The notes under the pieces: model-generated
What the model saw: only the letters and a program-made list of their open reading frames with translations
What the model was told of the DNA's origin: nothing
The model's database searches: none
Shown here: in pieces, positions 58,304-64,000 of the stretch
How the letters are laid out: the number at the start of each line of letters is the position of its first letter
How positions within the stretch are numbered: the stretch's first letter is position 1
Source: Minisyncoccota bacterium
Lineage (GTDB): Bacteria > Patescibacteriota > Minisyncoccia > Phycocordibacterales > CSBR16-193
Direction: 5' to 3'
NCBI GenBank assembly: GCA_040905715.1
Contig: JBBDRA010000002.1
Coordinates: 3,746-67,745 of the forward strand
DNA length: 64,000 nt
Program-made: the position numbers and the translations under genes

Positions 58304-58909
58304 ATGCCCCACTATAAAGAACAATCATTTAATTTACCCGATGAATTTCACGGGAAGCTTTCACGCAAAAGTGTTGACGAACACCTCAAACTCTACGGCG
58401 GATACGTCAAGCACACGAATACCATACTTGAAAAAGTTGAGGAACTTGAGCGAGACGACCTGGAGGGCAACAAATTTACGATCGAGTCACTTCGACGCCG
58501 ACTCGGATTTGAATTCGACGGCATGCGCAATCACGAGATCTACTTTGCCCAACTCGAGGACGGACCACAAGAACTCACCGACGACAGCAAGCTAAAGAAT
58601 GCGATCAGCTCGTACCATGAAGACTTCGATACCTGGCTCGCGGACTTTAAACAGATGGCGAAGACGCGTGGTATCGGTTGGGCCGTACTCTACTACGACC
58701 AACACGCCGACCAGCTTTTGAACGTATGGGTGGACGAGCAACACCTTGGACACCTCACTGGAGTCGAGCCGATCCTAATGCTCGATATGTGGGAGCACTC
58801 GTTCGTCTTTGACTACCAACCGTCCGGAAAAGGTGAATATATCGATGACTTCTTTGCTAACCTAAACTGGTCAGTTATAGAAGAAAACTTTGCGAATGCA
58901 AAGAAATAG
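58304..58909 (+). CDS. sod: Fe/Mn superoxide dismutase
   Basis: The C-terminal LMLDMWEHSFVFDYQ matches the SOD DxWEHAYY motif. N-terminal helical hairpin with conserved His residues (HHDK context...NHEIYF). Confidence 0.8.
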   Translation: MPHYKEQSFNLPDEFHGKLSRKSVDEHLKLYGGYVKHTNTILEKVEELERDDLEGNKFTIESLRRRLGFEFDGMRNHEIYFAQLEDGPQELTDDSKLKNAISSYHEDFDTWLADFKQMAKTRGIGWAVLYYDQHADQLLNVWVDEQHLGHLTGVEPILMLDMWEHSFVFDYQPSGKGEYIDDFFANLNWSVIEENFANAKK

Positions 58910-58981
58910 TATTTATGCTCAATGTTTAGAAAGCCCGCTCGGCCTTGCCGGACGGTTTTCTGTTTTCTAATGTCGCAACCT

Positions 58982-60526
58982 CTAGGAAAGTCGATCTGCC
59001 AACGACGACATACCGAGCTTGAGTTGACCGCGGCTATATAAGTAAATACACCACACACCAAAAAGCAGGTAGACACCGATCGGTATCCAGATCGATATCG
59101 GCGGCACGGTAACATGAGAGAGTGGCAGCGCGTTGAACGTTTCCACGACAAACAATACGTAGCTAAGAAAAACATACGCGAGACCGGCAACCGGCAGCGC
59201 GAGCACAGGTGAAACCATTCCAGCCAACCCGGCAAGAAAACTAAACAGCATTGCTCCGGCGACTGCCGGAAGCGCCAATAAGTTCACGGGTATAGAAACA
59301 AACGAAAGGGAGCCGGTCATATAAATAAGGAGCGGCCACACCCCGAACTGCGTAGCGATAGTCGCTGTCGCGATCTCCCGCAAGCCCAGCGTCTGTGGAA
59401 CAAACCACAGCCACCGCTCGACAACCGAACCCAACAAGACCAGTCCAAGTGTTGCCAGTGCAGAAAGTTGAAAGGAAGGATCGTGAAGAAGTATCATCGG
59501 ATTGATAAACACCATCACCATTGCCGCGAGCACAAGCGCCCGAAGTGCATGCGAGTGATGTCCGGAGAGATGAGCCACAACAACCAGCGCCGCCATGATC
59601 GACGCACGCACTACCGTTGCTCCCCCGCCGACCATAATGGCAAATAAAATAATACCGCAGACACCGGCGAGTGATCGCCATCGTAAACCCACCCGCGCAT
59701 GTTTAAGAAATGAAATAAGCGCGACCGCGATCAGTGTTACATGAAATCCTGAAAGCACTACTATGTGTACCAGTCCGGTGTCGCGGAACAACTGCTCCAC
59801 CTCATCGTTTAGTGTGTCACGAGCGCCCACCAACATACTGTTGGCAAGCGATGCGTGCGGATCAGGAAGTACACGTGTAACACCGCTCATGAACGTATGC
59901 TTTATAAAAAGAAGAGAGGCGACAACAACATTTTTTTCATCTGAACCAATACGCTCGATCCGCGGAAAATACATCACGTGGAAGATACTGTCTTTTGCAA
60001 GAAACGTATCGTACTTAAATACCCGACCGGTATCTGTCTCGAACGGTTCGGGTGCTCGAAGCTCTCCGATTATCTTAAGGCGATCACCGTACGAATACGT
60101 TGAGTGAGACTGTGCGGAAACGCGTACCCGAGTCCCGGCCGGAACTTTCTTTATTTGGCCATCTTCTTGATGTAGTTGATCGATCGAAACTATGAGCGTC
60201 GAACTATTTCCACCTGCCACCACCTCTTCGTCCACCACGCCTGAGAGTACAACCTCATCACCAACCCACCTGTCGAGTTCTGACTCTTGGGACCACACGC
60301 TCATGAGTGTATACCGACCGACACCGATCGAGACGCACACAAGCAAAACGGCAACAACTAAAATTGCGGCACCCTCTGCACGCACAACCGTTCTTCGGTA
60401 AACCAGAACACCAAACGCGATCACCAAAAGTGCTCCGGCAAAATACCACGCAAACCCGGCCAGCGTCGCTACGGTAACACCGGTCAAAAATCCAACACAG
60501 CTTCCGTAAAACAAATACGCATTCAT
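58982..60526 (-). CDS. comEC: ComEC/Rec2 DNA-uptake channel (DUF4131 + competence domain), lacking the MBL domain
   Basis: Multiple TM helices with competence-domain signature DTGLVHIVVLSGFHVTLIAVALISFL. An N-terminal OB-like region precedes it. Confidence 0.8.
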   Translation of the reverse strand: MNAYLFYGSCVGFLTGVTVATLAGFAWYFAGALLVIAFGVLVYRRTVVRAEGAAILVVAVLLVCVSIGVGRYTLMSVWSQESELDRWVGDEVVLSGVVDEEVVAGGNSSTLIVSIDQLHQEDGQIKKVPAGTRVRVSAQSHSTYSYGDRLKIIGELRAPEPFETDTGRVFKYDTFLAKDSIFHVMYFPRIERIGSDEKNVVVASLLFIKHTFMSGVTRVLPDPHASLANSMLVGARDTLNDEVEQLFRDTGLVHIVVLSGFHVTLIAVALISFLKHARVGLRWRSLAGVCGIILFAIMVGGGATVVRASIMAALVVVAHLSGHHSHALRALVLAAMVMVFINPMILLHDPSFQLSALATLGLVLLGSVVERWLWFVPQTLGLREIATATIATQFGVWPLLIYMTGSLSFVSIPVNLLALPAVAGAMLFSFLAGLAGMVSPVLALPVAGLAYVFLSYVLFVVETFNALPLSHVTVPPISIWIPIGVYLLFGVWCIYLYSRGQLKLGMSSLADRLS

Positions 60527-60567
60527 AAAATAAAAAACGCCGACAGGCGCTTAGTTCAATACTACCT

Positions 60568-61419
60568 TCATTTACCCGCCACTGATTTAAATTCAGTAAT
60601 GATCTCTCTTTCATTTTCTGCCGAGACCGCCTTACGGAATTTTGCATTCTTTCCGTGCACGCGCTTTTTACATTCATCCCAACTCGAGTGTGTTTCTATC
60701 TCGCCATCCACCATTGAGACATATGAATATGTTTTCATGTTTTTTCGCGCGGAACCATTCTCAAAACCCTTGCCAGAACTCTTATCAAAACCCTTGTCAG
60801 AACTTTTACCTGCAAACATTTTTTTTCGCGCCAGCGCCTTTTCATCATGCGTAACATCAGTCAGGTCGATAGGGTACTCTTCGAGAGGGGCGGTAGCGAG
60901 CGATACTTTTTTATCATCAGCAAACTCAGTAGCTATCACGTCGGCTCGTTCATTTCCACCGATCCCGATGTGCCCGCCAACGTATTCCCACGTAACTTCG
61001 AAGTGCTCTGTGAGTCGAACAAGCTCGCGCCAGAGATCCTGATTCAAAACAGCTTTCTTGTTTTTTGTGCGCCAGTCATTTTTTTGCCATCCGGCAACCC
61101 AGCGCGTCACTCCGTTGATAAGATACTTAGAGTCAGTGCGTACCACTATTTTATATTCCGCATCGCGAAGCTTCGCACTCGACTCAATAAAACGCAGTCC
61201 TTCGATAGCCGCGGTCAATTCCATTCGGTTATTTGTTGTTTCCTCTTCACGTCCACCAAGTTCCGCTACGTGCGTATCATTGTGTTCGGCCGATCTGTCT
61301 GCGCCTGTCCGCGCCCGTCCGCGCGGGCGGGCAGGAAACATTACGATCGCACCCCATCCACCCGGACCGGGGTTCCCGCGCGATGATCCGTCGGTAAAAA
61401 TTATAATTTGTTGTTCCAT
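60568..61419 (-). CDS. rnhA: ribonuclease HI with an internal insertion and a C-terminal RNase H1 HBD-like (hybrid-binding, Cauli_VI-type) domain
   Basis: IIIFTDGSSRGNPGPGGWGAIV, ...NNRMELTAAIEGL, VRTDSKYLINGVTRWVAGWQKNDWRTKNKKAVLNQDLW, GHIGIGGNERADVIA. C-terminal YSYVSMVDGEIETHSSWDECKKRVHGKNAKFRKAVSAENERE. Confidence 0.8.
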   Translation of the reverse strand: MEQQIIIFTDGSSRGNPGPGGWGAIVMFPARPRGRARTGADRSAEHNDTHVAELGGREEETTNNRMELTAAIEGLRFIESSAKLRDAEYKIVVRTDSKYLINGVTRWVAGWQKNDWRTKNKKAVLNQDLWRELVRLTEHFEVTWEYVGGHIGIGGNERADVIATEFADDKKVSLATAPLEEYPIDLTDVTHDEKALARKKMFAGKSSDKGFDKSSGKGFENGSARKNMKTYSYVSMVDGEIETHSSWDECKKRVHGKNAKFRKAVSAENEREIITEFKSVAGK

Positions 61420-61423
61420 ATAA

Positions 61424-63139
61424 TTATTGTATATCAACTATGCGAAGACGTAGTTCGGGTCGACCGCGGAAATACGATCGCTCCATCGATGCGATAAGTG
61501 TGACCGGTTGATCCTTACGAATGTTCGCTGAGTAATCGTCAGCCGAAGCGAAGAATCCGATAGCCTTCACTTCTCGTCCGGTCGACGTGTGGAACACCAG
61601 CTCAAGATGATTGTTCTGCTTACCAAACGAGCGGACCCGTCGAATAATAATGTTCGGAAATCGAAATGTCGGCTTGGCATTACCAACCCCGAACGGCGCG
61701 AGCTGACTTAGTTCACTGTAGACCTCATCGGTGACATCATCAAGCGTCAGGTCGGTATCGATCAGTTCAGTCGCCGGATTCAACTCCTCCTCGCCAACTG
61801 CCTTCGCTGCGTCGATAAGCGCATCTTCGAGCATATGGATCTTCTCGTGAGAGACCGCGAACCCGCCTGCCTGCTGATGACCGCCGTAGGCGTCGAGTAC
61901 ACTACGCGCTTTCTCCATCACCTTGACCAGATCGACACGGCCGTTTGAACGAGCCGAACCTTTGAGCGCTTCGCGTCCGTCCCGTCCCCACAAAAACACC
62001 GGACGGTCATATTCCTCGGCGAGCGCGTTTGCCGCAAGTCCTAAGAGTGACGGCTTCCACTCCGGATCACCCGCCACGATAACCTCCTTCGCTCCGTTGC
62101 TGTTGTTCTTTTTTAGTTTCTGTTTGATCGCCTTGGCCATCGAGGCGACCACGCCTTTGCGCTCGTCATTGATCTCGTTGAGATGTTTGACCGCACTGTC
62201 GGCAACACTCTGATCCCGTGTCGAGAGAAACGTAAACGCATCCATCGGCACACCCATTCGCGAGGCGGCATTGATCCGCGGGGAGATCATAAAACCGATA
62301 TCGTCTTCGCTTAAGTGTTGCTGATTCATTTTCAAAACGCGGATCATTTTTTGCAGACCCGGACGACGTGATCGCTGCAGCACCTTCAGACCATAGCTGG
62401 CAAAGACACGATTCTCACCGACGAGCGGCACCATGTCCGAGAGCGTCGCTAGTCCGACCATGTCCAGATACCACTTCTCTCTTCCTTCGGTCACACCAAA
62501 GTTTCGTGTTGCGAGTACACCCTGCACCAACTTAAAAATAACGCCGGATCCGCAAAGTTCTTTGAATGGATAGTTACACTTTTTTTGCTTTGGATCCAAC
62601 GTCGCGACCGTGTCCGGCTCTTTTCCATTCGGCTCGTGGTGATCAGTAATGATCACATCGATTCCGTGCTCGCGCGCGCGAGCAACTTCATCGACGTCAG
62701 CGATCCCGCAGTCGATCGTAATAAGAAGTTGCACACCGTCTTTCTCAAACTGATCGATCGCATCAAGATGCACCCCGAACCCCTCGTCATGTCGATGTGG
62801 AATATAATTTGTAAAATTCTCAAACCCGATCTCTTTGAAAAAGTCATGCAGTACGACCGCGCCGGGAATACCGTCTGCGTCGAAGTCGCTGTAGATCAGC
62901 ACCTTCTCATTGTTGTCTATCGCCTGAAGCACTCGCTCGACCGCCTCCTTCATCCCCAACATTAAGAATGGATCATGAATGTGCTCGTCGTAGTTCGGCT
63001 TCAGGAACCGCTCGGCATCCTCGGGTGTCGTGATCCCGCGGCGTTGAAGCAAATGATTGATCAGCGGCGAGTGGTGGAGTGCAGCGGTAACGGTATCTTC
63101 GGACACTTCTTTTGCGTCATCAGCAGTGAGTTTGATCAT
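61424..63139 (-). CDS. recJ: single-stranded-DNA-specific exonuclease RecJ
   Basis: DHH motifs VLIYSDFDADGIPGAVVL, ITIDCGI and IITDHHEP, followed by a DHHA1 region. Start set at 63139 (MIKLTADD...); the open frame extends to 63412. Confidence 0.85.
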   Translation of the reverse strand: MIKLTADDAKEVSEDTVTAALHHSPLINHLLQRRGITTPEDAERFLKPNYDEHIHDPFLMLGMKEAVERVLQAIDNNEKVLIYSDFDADGIPGAVVLHDFFKEIGFENFTNYIPHRHDEGFGVHLDAIDQFEKDGVQLLITIDCGIADVDEVARAREHGIDVIITDHHEPNGKEPDTVATLDPKQKKCNYPFKELCGSGVIFKLVQGVLATRNFGVTEGREKWYLDMVGLATLSDMVPLVGENRVFASYGLKVLQRSRRPGLQKMIRVLKMNQQHLSEDDIGFMISPRINAASRMGVPMDAFTFLSTRDQSVADSAVKHLNEINDERKGVVASMAKAIKQKLKKNNSNGAKEVIVAGDPEWKPSLLGLAANALAEEYDRPVFLWGRDGREALKGSARSNGRVDLVKVMEKARSVLDAYGGHQQAGGFAVSHEKIHMLEDALIDAAKAVGEEELNPATELIDTDLTLDDVTDEVYSELSQLAPFGVGNAKPTFRFPNIIIRRVRSFGKQNNHLELVFHTSTGREVKAIGFFASADDYSANIRKDQPVTLIASMERSYFRGRPELRLRIVDIQ

Positions 63140-63154
63140 TGCCGGTATGATATC

Positions 63155-63562
63155 ATGAAGCCATCTATGACAAACGACAAACAAACAAATTGTACTTTCT
63201 GTAAAATTGTTGCCGGTGACGTGCCGGCTGAAAAGATTTATGAAGACGAGCATTTTCTCGCCTTTCTTGATATCAACCCGCAGGCGCCGGGGCACGCGCA
63301 GGTGATACCAAAAGAACACTACCGCTGGGTCTGGGACCTGCCCGCCGAAAAAGACACGCTCGAAAATGCGGGAGATTATTTTCGTGTAGCACAGAAGATC
63401 GCCAAAGCACAACAGAAAGCTTTCAGCACAGAATGGATCCTTTCAAAAATTGTCGGCGACGAAGTTCCCCACGCCCACATCTGGGTCTTCCCCGGTGACG
63501 CAAAAGGAGGCAAGCAAGACATCGCGGAGAACGCCGAGAAGATCCGCCAAGCACTCGAATGA
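63155..63562 (+). CDS. HIT-family (histidine triad) nucleotide hydrolase
   Basis: CTFCKIVAGDVPAEKIYEDEHFLAFLDINPQAPGHAQVIPKEH, then HAHIWVFP. The open frame begins at 62975; start set at the internal Met at 63155, which is divergent from recJ with a 15-bp spacer. Confidence 0.75.
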   Translation: MKPSMTNDKQTNCTFCKIVAGDVPAEKIYEDEHFLAFLDINPQAPGHAQVIPKEHYRWVWDLPAEKDTLENAGDYFRVAQKIAKAQQKAFSTEWILSKIVGDEVPHAHIWVFPGDAKGGKQDIAENAEKIRQALE

Positions 63563-63597
63563 TACGAATCGAACCTCCGCTACCAAAGATCTAAGTG

Positions 63598-63648
63598 AAC
63601 ACCTCACACCTATTTAGTTAACTAAATAGGTGTGAGGTGTTTTAAAAA
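63598..63648. terminator. bidirectional terminator
   Basis: A 22-bp perfect inverted repeat AACACCTCACACCTATTTAGTT/AACTAAATAGGTGTGAGGTGTT followed by TTTAAAAAA. Confidence 0.7.
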
Positions 63649-63736
63649 ACCGCAGGTATTGCTACCGACGGTTTTGTGGTTTTGGTCTTCGTTCTCCTCA
63701 CTGAATGATCAAGCCCACCTAGCTCCTGCCACACGA

Positions 63737-63994
63737 CTACTCGCCGTCAATAAACTTGAGTCGGCGAGAGAGGTTCCTGATCCTGGAAAGAACTTCGTCG
63801 ATCTCTTTGATCATTTCCGCAAGCGGAGCAGCTTGGTCATGCTTCTTCTGTTTCACGAACTCGTCTTTTCGTTTGCCGATCTCGTTTCGCTTTTCTTCGA
63901 GACCTTTTATAAGTTCGGCGACCGAAGTGTTATCTGCCCAGCGAGCGAATGCTTCTACCGCTTCGTTTGTCGGTTGATCTGCCTGAGTCATCAC
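63737..63994 (-). CDS. small hypothetical alpha-helical protein
   Basis: 85-aa ORF. Weak call. Confidence 0.3.
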   Translation of the reverse strand: MMTQADQPTNEAVEAFARWADNTSVAELIKGLEEKRNEIGKRKDEFVKQKKHDQAAPLAEMIKEIDEVLSRIRNLSRRLKFIDGE

Positions 63995-64000
63995 GCTACT

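Noticed and set aside
60740-60830. Tandem DNA repeat (CAAAACCCTTGYCAGAACT x2)
   Set aside because: It encodes a short duplicated KGFxKSSGKGF motif inside the RNase H C-terminal linker. It is coding, not a CRISPR or regulatory repeat.

Overview
This 64 kb window comes from a compact bacterial genome of roughly 50% GC that uses the standard genetic code. The ribosomal-protein genes carry long N-terminal extensions and there is no rpmD (L30) between rpsE and rplO, which together with the surface-protein repertoire suggests a CPR/Patescibacteria-like organism. That assignment is an inference.

The core of the window is one long minus-strand array: rpsL-rpsG-fusA-[two inserted genes]-tuf-rpsJ-rplC-rplD-rplW-rplB-rpsS-rplV-rpsC-rplP-rpmC-rpsQ-rplN-rplX-rplE-rpsN-rpsH-rplF-rplR-rpsE-rplO-secY-adk-kinase-map. 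The intergenic spacers of this array are unusually long and hold several families of near-identical structured repeats.

Flanking the array are:
- recG (3' part), a secreted protein with a peptidoglycan-binding domain and a dockerin-like domain, a tRNA with a UAU anticodon, ftsH, smpB and a tmRNA whose 3' end is followed by duplicated copies of that end around a small GIY-YIG gene;
- a ZIP transporter, a clan-GH-A glycosidase, two adjacent ATP-grasp ligases, infC-rpmI-rplT, RNase J and ndk;
- an uncharacterised four-gene cluster built around a soluble TraD/VirD4-like ATPase;
- S2P protease, rpmB, two tandem giant paralogous surface proteins (1549 and 1223 aa) that share a central two-helix membrane hairpin and a conserved C-terminal domain ending VDPRYEEF, and a competence/repair neighbourhood with a split ComEC, trypsin-like protease, REC-only protein, SOD, RNase HI, recJ and a HIT protein.

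No CRISPR array and no rRNA were seen. All functional calls rest on motifs read by eye from the supplied translations; no database searches were run.
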